DNA of 19,804 nucleotides from Bdellovibrionota bacterium. Its GTDB lineage: Bacteria; Bdellovibrionota_C; UBA2361; OMII01. The translations under genes were made by a program, and so were the position numbers. The DNA lies in the NCBI GenBank assembly GCA_044356215.1, contig JBIKWQ010000062.1, forward strand, positions 1 through 19,804, read 5' to 3'. Under the pieces are notes generated by a model that was not told where the DNA came from, did no database searches, and saw nothing but the letters and a program-made list of their open reading frames with translations. Positions 1 through 7,987 of this stretch are shown piece by piece (positions within the stretch are counted from its first letter, which is position 1; the number at the start of each line of letters is the position of its first letter).

Positions 1-109
1 TTCCGTGCTTCTTTGCGGTCATTTGTGTCTTCCATTTACAAGCATATGACACACTCCGAAGTATTTAGATACAGAAAAACACTGTGATCGTAGGTAGAAC
101 AACCGCTAG

Positions 110-733
110 ATGTGGGTAATAGTCAGGCCTTATGGAGGCTACGGGCCGTATTTTTTGCGCGAACAGGTTGTCGAGAGATTGGACGATGCTCAGGCAAAAC
201 TTGATCAAGCACTGCCAGGGGCCCGGCTAAAGATTTTTGATGCTTTTAGGCCGAAGAGTGTCCAGATCTATATGCGCCAGCTCTACTATCAAAAGGCTGT
301 GATTAATCTCGGCTATGATCTAAATAACATGGCCGCTAGTCAGGTCGACGACGCATGGAGGTGGGTGGATACAGTTTGGGCTAGGCCAAGTAACGATCCA
401 AACCTTCCTACTCCTCATTCAACCGGAGCCGCGATCGATCTGACCATCGTAGATAGCCAGGGAGCTGAGATCGATATGGGTTGCTCAATTGGTGAGGTAT
501 CTGAGCGAATCCTTCCCTCGTATTATGACCACCGCAGCACCGTAGAAGCAGCGACCTTCGCCAAGAATAGGGAGCTTCTGCGAAGCGTTATGGAGGGTGC
601 TGGATTTTATCGCTTAAGTCATGAGTGGTGGCATTTCTCTTACGGAGATCAATTCTGGGCGCTAATAGAATCACTGCGGACAGGTAGGACGGTGCCGTCT
701 GTATATGGAGAGTTTATCGAGGACATGTCTTGA
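110..733 (+). CDS. D-alanyl-D-alanine dipeptidase (peptidase M15D, VanX/DdpX-like), possibly N-terminally shortened
   Basis: Motifs FDAFRP, PHSTGAAIDLT (H-x6-D zinc ligands), IDMG and EWWHFSYGD are typical of M15D zinc dipeptidases. An in-frame TAG (107-109) directly precedes the ATG, so the ORF cannot extend upstream. Confidence 0.88.
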   Translation: MWVIVRPYGGYGPYFLREQVVERLDDAQAKLDQALPGARLKIFDAFRPKSVQIYMRQLYYQKAVINLGYDLNNMAASQVDDAWRWVDTVWARPSNDPNLPTPHSTGAAIDLTIVDSQGAEIDMGCSIGEVSERILPSYYDHRSTVEAATFAKNRELLRSVMEGAGFYRLSHEWWHFSYGDQFWALIESLRTGRTVPSVYGEFIEDMS

Positions 734-764
734 TTTTCGCCGCAGAGGAGATCCCCCTCGGACC

Positions 765-781
765 GCGCGCCTCTGGCGCGC
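765..781 (+). terminator. GC-rich hairpin downstream of the dipeptidase gene, possible weak terminator
   Basis: GCGCGCC-TCT-GGCGCGC forms a 7-bp stem 31 nt after the stop codon. The T-tail (TTGT) is poor. Confidence 0.3.
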
Positions 782-869
782 TTGTGGTAAAGCGTTAAAA
801 AAGCTGCCCGCATTCCCGAGTGTTGTCTAATGCAGCTATAAATAATTTCTACCACGAGGACGCCTTCAG

Positions 870-968
870 TTGTCCGCATAGATAGTTCGCTCAACTATTT
901 ATGCGGACAAAGCTCTTTTTTATTGCCCTGTCCGCATAAATAGTCTATACAACTATTTATGCGGACAA
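870..968. repeat. Two tandem 41-bp palindromes (period 58 bp), probable operator pair
   Basis: 870-910: TTGTCCGCATAGATAGTT-CGCTC-AACTATTTATGCGGACAA (18-bp arms, 1 mismatch). 929-967: TGTCCGCATAAATAGT-CTATACA-ACTATTTATGCGGACA (16-bp perfect arms). The 20-mer CAACTATTTATGCGGACAAA is exact at 892-911 and 950-969. Confidence 0.92.
923..951 (+). promoter_or_regulatory. Putative sigma70 promoter of the ATPase gene, predicting a leaderless transcript
   Basis: TTGCCC (923-928), 17-bp spacer, TATACA (946-951). The ATG at 959 lies 7 nt after the -10 box, and there is no Shine-Dalgarno motif. Confidence 0.5.
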
Positions 969-2416
969 AAATAGTGGGCCGAGAAAGTGAGCTGGCAAGC
1001 TTGAGGACTAGATTCGAGTCATCGAAAAGTGAGCTAGTTGTAATTTACGGAAGGCGCAGAGTCGGTAAAAGCGCGATCATCCATCAGTTCCTTCAATCCC
1101 TAAATTCTTCACCTAAATCCACCGCGCTTGTCTCGGCGAAGTCCAATAGAGCGCGAACTCTAGCCTTTGAGGCATTAGAAGGCCAAGGGACGCCCGATCA
1201 ACTAACCCATTTCAGCGGAAGATTAAAACAGCAGATCCCTCACGCGCTCCCTAAAAACGCTCGATTTGAGAGCTGGGATGAGGCATTCGATTTTTTGACC
1301 CTCTATATATCGCAACAGGACGCTAAAACAGTAATCGTCTTCGATGAGTTCCAATGGATGGCCGCCGGACAGAGCAAGCTCGTAGCTCTTATAAAATATT
1401 ATTGGGATAACCACTGGAAAAATCAGAAGGTGATGCTAATCCTCTGCGGGTCGATAGCATCTTTCATGGTCAAAAAAGTTCTGCGCTCAAAGGCGCTCTA
1501 TGGGCGATTTAGCCTGCAGATGCAAATACGAAAGCTCACCGCGTCGGCCGCCCTAGAGATGTTTAGAGGGAAGATTCCGAAACTAGAGATCTTGAGATAC
1601 TTAATTGTATTTGGTGGAGTGCCGAAATACCTTGAGGAGATAGACCTAAAGAGATCCTTTGAGCAGAATCTAGAAGAGCTATTTTTCTCTGATAACGCGC
1701 TCTACCTCGATGAGTTCGCGAAGATATTTGACGTGCACTTTAAGGCTCCGAGAACATACCTAAAGATAATCCAAACTCTTAATAACCGAACACTTGGACT
1801 AGAGGAGATCTCAAAAGCTTTAAAGATGAGATCTAGCGGCGGAGTGCGCGCCTACCTTGAGAATCTTGAACTTAGCGAGTTTATCAGGCCGTATCACACG
1901 TTTCTTAACGGTGACAGTCGCTATGTACGATATAAGTTGTCGGATGAATTTACGAACTTTTACCGACATTTTGTCGCCTCTAATAGAGGAATCATCGCGA
2001 ATGGGGGAGGCCGGCATCTCTTTAGGAATAAGATCCTCAAGCAACTTCAGCCTTGGCTAGGGCTTGCTTTCGAGAGCTATATAATTAACAACGCGCTTTA
2101 CGTCGCGGAGCGTTTGGGATTTGCGGATAAAGTCGAGTCGTTCGGTCCGTACTACAGGAAGGGAGAGAGCGGAATTCAGGTCGACCTGATTTATTATCGC
2201 TCCGACGATACGATCTCAGTTTGCGAGATGAAGCTTCAGTCCACTCCGATCTCAACTGAGGTAATACCGGCCTTTGAAGCGAAGTTAAAGAGGTTGCCTC
2301 CACTTAAGAAGAGCGTAAGGATCCATAAAGTCCTAATCGCGGCCAACGGTATAAGCGAGGCGCTCCGGGTGGCTGATTATTTCGACAGTGTAGCCACCGC
2401 GGAGGGCCTGTTTTAG
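959..2416 (+). CDS. Archaeal-type AAA+/STAND-like ATPase (ATPase_2 family) with winged helix and C-terminal PD-(D/E)XK-like (DUF234-type) domain
   Basis: N-terminal VGRESEL, Walker A YGRRRVGKS, Walker B VIVFDEFQ, LILCGS, LYGR, FGGVPKYL, a wHTH-like segment (LEEISKAL...VRAYLENL), GLAFE and QVDLI...VCEMK. Confidence 0.9.
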   Translation: MRTKIVGRESELASLRTRFESSKSELVVIYGRRRVGKSAIIHQFLQSLNSSPKSTALVSAKSNRARTLAFEALEGQGTPDQLTHFSGRLKQQIPHALPKNARFESWDEAFDFLTLYISQQDAKTVIVFDEFQWMAAGQSKLVALIKYYWDNHWKNQKVMLILCGSIASFMVKKVLRSKALYGRFSLQMQIRKLTASAALEMFRGKIPKLEILRYLIVFGGVPKYLEEIDLKRSFEQNLEELFFSDNALYLDEFAKIFDVHFKAPRTYLKIIQTLNNRTLGLEEISKALKMRSSGGVRAYLENLELSEFIRPYHTFLNGDSRYVRYKLSDEFTNFYRHFVASNRGIIANGGGRHLFRNKILKQLQPWLGLAFESYIINNALYVAERLGFADKVESFGPYYRKGESGIQVDLIYYRSDDTISVCEMKLQSTPISTEVIPAFEAKLKRLPPLKKSVRIHKVLIAANGISEALRVADYFDSVATAEGLF

Positions 2417-2431
2417 TTTAGCTATACCTTC

Positions 2432-3157
2432 ATGCTTACAACTCTCTTAATTTCCCTAATAATAGTCATAGCCTTCGGCGGCGAGGCGCTATTTGGGTTC
2501 GGCGGCGGATTAGTCGCGGTGCCGCTGCTAAGCCTCTTTCTCGATGTTCATGAGGCGGTTGTTCTTGTCGCTATCTTCCAGTTCCTCCTAGGCTTTCTCG
2601 TTCTGAAAAACTTTCGAGAGGTCGCTTGGTCACTACTGCCACCACTTTTAGTAGGAATGGCTCTCGGGGTTCTCATGGGGGTCAAGATACTGCCGATAGT
2701 GTCTGAGCAGCTACTACGCGTCTTACTGGCCGCTTATATCTTAGCGTTTCTCGTTAAAACCAAGCTCGCGCCCGAACTTGCAGTGACGCGTGCTTCGTGG
2801 ACCGGCGGCATATTCTCAGGGGTAGTTTCAGGATTTCTCCAGGGCTGCCTTGGAATAGGTGGCCCAGCGATGGTGATATACTTGAAAGGAATTCTCTCCG
2901 ATGCCCGAGTGTTTCGCGCCTCGGTGATATTCTGTTTGTCGATAGTTAACCTGATGCGAATCCCTCTGGTAGGCTATGAGGAGCTTCTGTCCCCGGGAAT
3001 TATCGAGATGGCGCTCAGCGCGCTTCCGGCTTTTGTTATCGCTGTTTTCCTTGGACAGAGGTATTACAGACGGATCCCAGAGCAGATGTACTTTAGGGTG
3101 GTTTATACCTTGCTGGCGGTGACTGCGGTTAGTTTAATACTTAGAGCGGCAAACTAA
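2432..3157 (+). CDS. Sulfite exporter TauE/SafE (TSUP) family membrane protein
   Basis: 241 aa with about 8 hydrophobic segments and duplicated Gly motifs (FGFGGGLVAVPLL; SGFLQGCLGIGGP). It starts 15 bp after the ATPase stop. Confidence 0.88.
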   Translation: MLTTLLISLIIVIAFGGEALFGFGGGLVAVPLLSLFLDVHEAVVLVAIFQFLLGFLVLKNFREVAWSLLPPLLVGMALGVLMGVKILPIVSEQLLRVLLAAYILAFLVKTKLAPELAVTRASWTGGIFSGVVSGFLQGCLGIGGPAMVIYLKGILSDARVFRASVIFCLSIVNLMRIPLVGYEELLSPGIIEMALSALPAFVIAVFLGQRYYRRIPEQMYFRVVYTLLAVTAVSLILRAAN

Positions 3158-3214
3158 GAGCTCGCGGCGCAGGCAATTTTGCGATTAGGGTGATCGGTAA
3201 TAGCAGCGACGTGA

Positions 3215-4711
3215 ATGAATCACTTCAAAATGTTTAATTCCTTAAGGTCCAAATTAGCCACTCTGCAAGACATGAACCTAAACTTTCGGCTCGCTATCCT
3301 ATCTATTGCTGTAGCGCTGGTTTTCATAGCGTTAATTTGGATACCTCAGATGACCAACGCACTTTTTGTTGACGAGGCTGGTAGTTATTGGGGAATCTAT
3401 CATCTTGAGATTCACTCGGTGCATGGAGAAACCTCTCTTTATTATCGGATTCTTTCTATCTGGAGCTCGGTATTTGGGACTTCCGAAATAGCACTAAGAA
3501 GCCTCTCGGCAATAGCGATGTTTGGGGTACTCGCGCTGTTTGCGGTCTTGAGTACCCTACGTTCGTCGGTAGTCTTTTTCTACGCACTGCCACTAATCGC
3601 AGCTAGTTATTCTGCCGTTTTTTCAGCCGTGCTCGCACGTCCGTATGGGCTTGGACTTCTGGTTGTAATGTTTTCTATCGTCATTCAAGAGTACGCCGCA
3701 CGGAGTCGAAAGACTTTTTGGCTGCCCTTTGCATCTGCGATTTACGCACTAGCTCTTTATTTTCACCCAACATTTATCTTTATAGCGCCGGCATTCGCTC
3801 TTCAGTTCTGGCAGTCACCAGCAGCCCAACCTAGACGTCGGATTCTAGTTTTTTCGCTAGTTGTGTTCGGCATCGTAGCGGCTCCAGCTATACAGCACTC
3901 GCTATCGTTGTTCAATCGTGAGCATTCTCTTTCGTTCGTCGAGGGACCAGTCACGCTGGAAATGATCGCGGCCTTCCTGATTCCTAAGTTGATGGGTGTG
4001 ACGGTGTTAATTGCGCTCGCTACCAAAGGATTAATTTACAAAAGGAGTGAATTTCTTAGTCCTGGTGCTTGGAGCAACTTCAGAGAGGGATTAGTCTGGT
4101 TTTTATCTGTTAAGCTAACCGCGTTAATCGCTGCGCTGCTAGTTAATCCGGCCTTCCTTGTCCCGCGATACAGCCTCTTCGCGGATTTCGGTGAAGTTGT
4201 CATGGTGGCCGCGCTTTTGACGAGTATTAAATCATCTTCTGTTCGTAATTTGATGTGGGTAGGTACTTTAACCATCTCGCTTGCGCCATGGTTACTTCAA
4301 TCCTTTCCCGACACGGCATGGAGGCCTGCCATGGAATACGCTCGGCGACAGCAAGCGCGGAATTGCACGCTCTTCGCTATTCCAGGATTTGTTGAAGCTA
4401 AAAATTTTGAGCTTGTCTCGCGGGAACCAACAGCTTCATTTATACGCTCGCCTCTTACTTACTACAATCTGCAGGCCGAGCTCATCCCATTTGAGCTGAC
4501 GAGCGCCAACGAACTAGGGTATTTCGAGCGCCAGATCGCTCCCAAGGCATTGGCACAGTCGTGTAATCTGCTGTTACTGTGGAGCATGGCCAATCCAAGA
4601 GATCCAGGGCCTGCAGCCCTTTTAAAGCTTCTTAAAGACAATAATTTTAACAGGCGATCTGAATTCGTAGCCGGTACTGTACGAGTGCTGCATTTGGAAC
4701 GCTTACCTTGA
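3215..4711 (+). CDS. GT-C superfamily integral membrane glycosyltransferase (GT39/PMT_2-like)
   Basis: First-loop acidic motif LFVDEAGS, then LYY..L..WS.VFGTSEIALRSLS, ARPYGL and PRY, many TM helices and a soluble C-terminal domain. The start could be a later Met. Confidence 0.78.
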   Translation: MNHFKMFNSLRSKLATLQDMNLNFRLAILSIAVALVFIALIWIPQMTNALFVDEAGSYWGIYHLEIHSVHGETSLYYRILSIWSSVFGTSEIALRSLSAIAMFGVLALFAVLSTLRSSVVFFYALPLIAASYSAVFSAVLARPYGLGLLVVMFSIVIQEYAARSRKTFWLPFASAIYALALYFHPTFIFIAPAFALQFWQSPAAQPRRRILVFSLVVFGIVAAPAIQHSLSLFNREHSLSFVEGPVTLEMIAAFLIPKLMGVTVLIALATKGLIYKRSEFLSPGAWSNFREGLVWFLSVKLTALIAALLVNPAFLVPRYSLFADFGEVVMVAALLTSIKSSSVRNLMWVGTLTISLAPWLLQSFPDTAWRPAMEYARRQQARNCTLFAIPGFVEAKNFELVSREPTASFIRSPLTYYNLQAELIPFELTSANELGYFERQIAPKALAQSCNLLLLWSMANPRDPGPAALLKLLKDNNFNRRSEFVAGTVRVLHLERLP

Positions 4712-4834
4712 ACCTGGTCGATGTTCTTGCAGCTCAGCGATCGGCGCTAGGGCGAGTGATGTCGCGGATCCGAAATCAAAGTGCGCTAGTGGAGTACCCT
4801 TTCTGAGAGAGGCGGCGAATGAGGCCACGGCTTC

Positions 4835-5830
4835 CTAAGAAGTTTTTTCATTATTAACTCCTCCTTCATTTTGAGCGCGTGGAGGAAAAATCTTTCCAAG
4901 AGCCAGTATCACTGAGCCGGTACCCCAAAGGCATAGAGTTGGCGCGATGCCGCCGCTAGAAAGGTATATCAAGTTACCTAGGCCGAATTGATAGTTGCAT
5001 GCGGCGTTAAAGCCAAAAGGAAGGGGAGAGCTGTTAGCGCGCTTGCCAAGCGCGAATACCGCGAGGATTCCGCACAGCGAGGTGAGAGCGGCGGAGTAGA
5101 AGATCGGAGGGGCTTCCTGCAGAGAGATCCCGTTTAGCTCTAGCGCCGAAATTCCCGCCAGAATGTCGGCGATCCCCCACCAGAGGGCGCCATTAGCCAA
5201 GCACTCGAGAAGCGGGCTCGCTTTTTTGCTAGGTACGTCACGATCTATTGTGGAAAAGTCTCTGTTAATATCCCGTGCTGTAAAGAAATTTCCCAGGGCG
5301 AGAAAAACAAAGGTAGGAGTTAAAAGGGTGTTAGCCGCCCCTGCGATAAAATTCTCGGCCGCGCAGAGGACAAACGCGACGCTTAGAGAGTAGCGGTAGA
5401 TTCCGGGGGTAGACAGGAGATCCCTAGCTTTTGAGATTAACCCCTCGCTTCGTGTGCCGGTAGTTTGAGCATCCCCCTGTTTTAACTTTAACCGAGCAAA
5501 TCCCTCATTATAGATCGCCAGACCAGCACAAATTACATTGAGCGCAAAACCTAGATTCAGGTGTGATACTATCAGGAGATTGCCGATTAGTGAGGGGGTG
5601 TTGTTTGACCGCAGGGTCGATAAAAGGATCCCTTTAAACCCTAATCTAGGTGCCTTTATAGATAGTCCCTGGTCATTTGAATCGCGCTCTTCGCCTGCCT
5701 GACTAGCGGCAGGGGCGATCCTAGCCGCTTCCTCGGGTGCCGGCGGCGTAAATGATACATTTAGATCAGGGCCTTTATCGCATGCCCAAGCGACGCGACT
5801 CCCTAAAGACTGGGATTCCTGTGTAATCAT
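4835..5830 (-). CDS. Hypothetical multi-pass membrane protein with a hydrophilic N-terminal extension
   Basis: 331-aa ORF filling the gap, with about 7-8 hydrophobic segments and no recognised family motif. Confidence 0.65.
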   Translation of the reverse strand: MITQESQSLGSRVAWACDKGPDLNVSFTPPAPEEAARIAPAASQAGEERDSNDQGLSIKAPRLGFKGILLSTLRSNNTPSLIGNLLIVSHLNLGFALNVICAGLAIYNEGFARLKLKQGDAQTTGTRSEGLISKARDLLSTPGIYRYSLSVAFVLCAAENFIAGAANTLLTPTFVFLALGNFFTARDINRDFSTIDRDVPSKKASPLLECLANGALWWGIADILAGISALELNGISLQEAPPIFYSAALTSLCGILAVFALGKRANSSPLPFGFNAACNYQFGLGNLIYLSSGGIAPTLCLWGTGSVILALGKIFPPRAQNEGGVNNEKTS

Positions 5831-5896
5831 ACAGCTAACATCTCCAGCCGCAGAAGTTACAGGCGCCCTTCCCTGTAGGCAATAAAAGAGCTACCA

Positions 5897-5915
5897 TGTG
5901 CACTAAAAGTGCACA
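5897..5915. promoter_or_regulatory. Perfect inverted repeat, candidate operator between divergent genes
   Basis: TGTGCACT-AAA-AGTGCACA, 14 bp upstream of the ATG of the wHTH gene. Confidence 0.6.
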
Positions 5916-5929
5916 AATGAAGTGTCTCT

Positions 5930-6760
5930 ATGCTGCTTCTCGACTCAACAGACCTTAAATCCTTACTAATTAAGAGATTAGCCCAGGCGCCAAACTCCAC
6001 CGCTAGTGACTTAATGGCTGCATTAGAGAGTGACGGTCACCGATTTTCACGCCGCGCCTTTTACAAAGAGCTTAAAGCGCTTGAGTCAGGGGCGGTTTTG
6101 CTTAAGGCTGGAAGGACTTACGCCTTGCGGATTGGTTGGTTGATTAACTCAATCTCATGGTTTAGGGAGGCTTATCTAGCTAACGTCGCTCAAGCCCCAC
6201 TCGGCGGGGAGGCGCTGTTTGCCAAGGGATCAAAGTTTGCCTGCCAAGGTCTAGCGCGACTCGATTTTATCTGGACTCAGGTCATATTCGCTCTGCGACA
6301 CGCCGCCCCAAAGGAGACGATCTGTATCTGGAAACCTGAGCAGTGGTTTCATCTAGTTCACACCGACGTCACAGAGTCTTATTTTAAGGCCCTAGGGGAT
6401 CTTGGAGCCAATCAGCTTCATATAATAGGGCATGATTGCTACACATGTAGACGCGGGGCGGCGATGATCCCCAAGAGGCATGGTAAAGTTGTCTTTAAAG
6501 ATAACGCTTTTAATACAGGCCTTGAGACGTATCTGACTTTAATCGGCGATTATTTAATAACTATTAAGATCGCGCCTGACTTCGCCTTTAAGATGCGGCA
6601 GCTATTCGCCAGTATAAAGAGCGACAAAGAGATGTTATCCGCGGATGCTTTAGGTTTTATGAAGCAACCGGTTCACGCGACACTAAGAGTAGATTACAAG
6701 CCGCGGGATCTCAAAGCGATTCGTGAGCGGTTTGAGCGGATAGGGGAAGGGGATCTCTGA
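5930..6760 (+). CDS. Putative transcriptional regulator with an N-terminal winged helix and an uncharacterised C-terminal domain
   Basis: TASDLMAAL...FSRRAFYKELKALESGAVLLKAGRTYAL fits a helix-turn-helix plus wing. A palindrome lies directly upstream. Confidence 0.68.
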   Translation: MLLLDSTDLKSLLIKRLAQAPNSTASDLMAALESDGHRFSRRAFYKELKALESGAVLLKAGRTYALRIGWLINSISWFREAYLANVAQAPLGGEALFAKGSKFACQGLARLDFIWTQVIFALRHAAPKETICIWKPEQWFHLVHTDVTESYFKALGDLGANQLHIIGHDCYTCRRGAAMIPKRHGKVVFKDNAFNTGLETYLTLIGDYLITIKIAPDFAFKMRQLFASIKSDKEMLSADALGFMKQPVHATLRVDYKPRDLKAIRERFERIGEGDL

Positions 6761-6880
6761 CTATTACCCACAAATAGCAGTTGAGATGGGAGATGTGTTG
6801 GCAATAATCTTGGATTTAGCTCACTCCTGCCAGTCGTGACTACATATCTTTTATACTTTACCTCCTCCCCCCTCTTTTAT

Positions 6881-6921
6881 CTCGCCGCTCCCTTTGTACA
6901 AAAAGGATGCGGCGAGGTTTT
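6881..6921 (+). terminator. Probable intrinsic terminator hairpin
   Basis: CTCGCCGC-TC-CCTTT / AAAGG-AT-GCGGCGAG stem followed by GTTTT, lying between convergent genes. Confidence 0.55.
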
Positions 6922-7056
6922 CATTTAAACAAAGAGGCCAGAGAGAACGGACAGAGGGCGATGTGAAAAAGCTGATCAGGACTAACGAAGTGGGGAGTAG
7001 GTAAAATATTTCACTTGTTATCCCAGCAGCTTACCAAAAAACACTGCGACGTCCTT
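6905..7056 (-). mobile_element. Degenerate copy of the MITE found at 8070-8232
   Basis: The reverse complement of 7000-7056 (AAGGACGTCGCAGTGTTTTTTGGTAAGCTGCTGGGATAACAAGTGAAATATTTTACC) aligns to the MITE left end with 7 substitutions and 2 small indels. The reverse complement of 6933-6950 (CCGTTCTCTCTGGCCTCT) matches the MITE right arm at 16/18. The boundary near 6905 is approximate. Confidence 0.8.
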
Positions 7057-7083
7057 GCCAGTTTGCCGGCAAGGACATCAAGC

Positions 7084-7123
7084 CTTTTGGTCCGCGTACG
7101 CGAACTGGTACGCGTTCCAAAAG
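7084..7123 (-). terminator. Long hairpin just downstream of the DUF4397-like gene, possible terminator or mRNA-stabilising stem
   Basis: CTTTTGG-TC-CGCGTAC / GTACGCG-TT-CCAAAAG, starting 20 nt after the minus-strand stop at 7144. Confidence 0.5.
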
Positions 7124-7143
7124 CTTATATTTTGCTCTGGGCC

Positions 7144-7860
7144 TTACTTCAAGTCGTCACGAGCGACGTCCTGCTTTACAATCGCCAGGCCGTTGCGAGC
7201 AGAGCCTACAACGTAGAATACTCTCCAGATCTGACGTGGAGTCCTAATTGAGCCACGAAGACGCGCTAGTGTTCCACTTCTTCGGGTTGCCAGGACCGAA
7301 ATGTTATATGAGAGCCTGGAGTCTAAAGCGCTAAAAATCGCTGATATTTTCCCGTTAGAGATACGTACCGCTGGTGAGTTTCGGTAGCCAGCAACATCGA
7401 ACTTAGCGAAGACAGGAGCTGCGAACGCCGCATGTCTAACAGCGAGAGTTGAAGGGAATCCAAGATCCTGCGAGTTATTGAAGAGAAGAAGTTGAGGTTT
7501 CCCCGAAGCGCTCAAGCTTGCGACAGCCGAAAGCGAGGCAAAAGAATTCTTATCATCAATTACAAGTGACTCTTTGATTACAGACGCCGCGCCGCATTTA
7601 CCATCGGCGGGATGCACTGTTATCGAATACGTTCCCTTGCCCAGCTCCACTGCTGTTGACTGTGTGAACTTCACTCCCTTTAGAGCGCACGCGCCGTTAA
7701 CAGCGATATCAACTGGAAGCTCTCGGGCAGTATTCAGATCGAGCCCATTAATTCCATGTATCACCGTTACAGTCGCCGCATTCGCTTGGTTAATTCCAAA
7801 CGCCACTAGCGCCGCTAAGCCAATAAATACTCTTCTGCCAATTCTTATCTTCGGTATCAT
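7144..7860 (-). CDS. Secreted DUF4397-like beta-sandwich protein
   Basis: Signal peptide ending in ANA-A, a mature start ATVTVIHGING...PVDIAVNG and a second repeat LAVRHAAFAAPV, as in DUF4397 proteins. SD AAAGGAG lies upstream. Confidence 0.75.
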   Translation of the reverse strand: MIPKIRIGRRVFIGLAALVAFGINQANAATVTVIHGINGLDLNTARELPVDIAVNGACALKGVKFTQSTAVELGKGTYSITVHPADGKCGAASVIKESLVIDDKNSFASLSAVASLSASGKPQLLLFNNSQDLGFPSTLAVRHAAFAAPVFAKFDVAGYRNSPAVRISNGKISAIFSALDSRLSYNISVLATRRSGTLARLRGSIRTPRQIWRVFYVVGSARNGLAIVKQDVARDDLK

Positions 7861-7987
7861 TTTGTCTCCTTTTTGGACGCAATTATCTCACTCGTAGGTA
7901 ATTGGCTGCCCAGTTTTAGTACATCAGTTATTTGAGAGCTATTAAGCTAGCCAGCGCTAATTTAAATGCTGCTCGATTCTGACAGTA

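Noticed and set aside
110..733. vanX as part of a glycopeptide-resistance cluster
   Set aside because: No vanH, vanA or vanRS genes lie downstream in the window, and M15D dipeptidases are common cell-wall recycling enzymes. The upstream context is not visible.
870..968. Twin palindromes as a mini CRISPR array
   Set aside because: There are only two units with a 17-bp spacer, the unit overlaps a start codon, and no cas genes are present.
7015..7251. 78-aa plus-strand ORF
   Set aside because: It runs through the decayed MITE, two hairpins and the antisense strand of the DUF4397-like gene, and has a TTG start and no motif.
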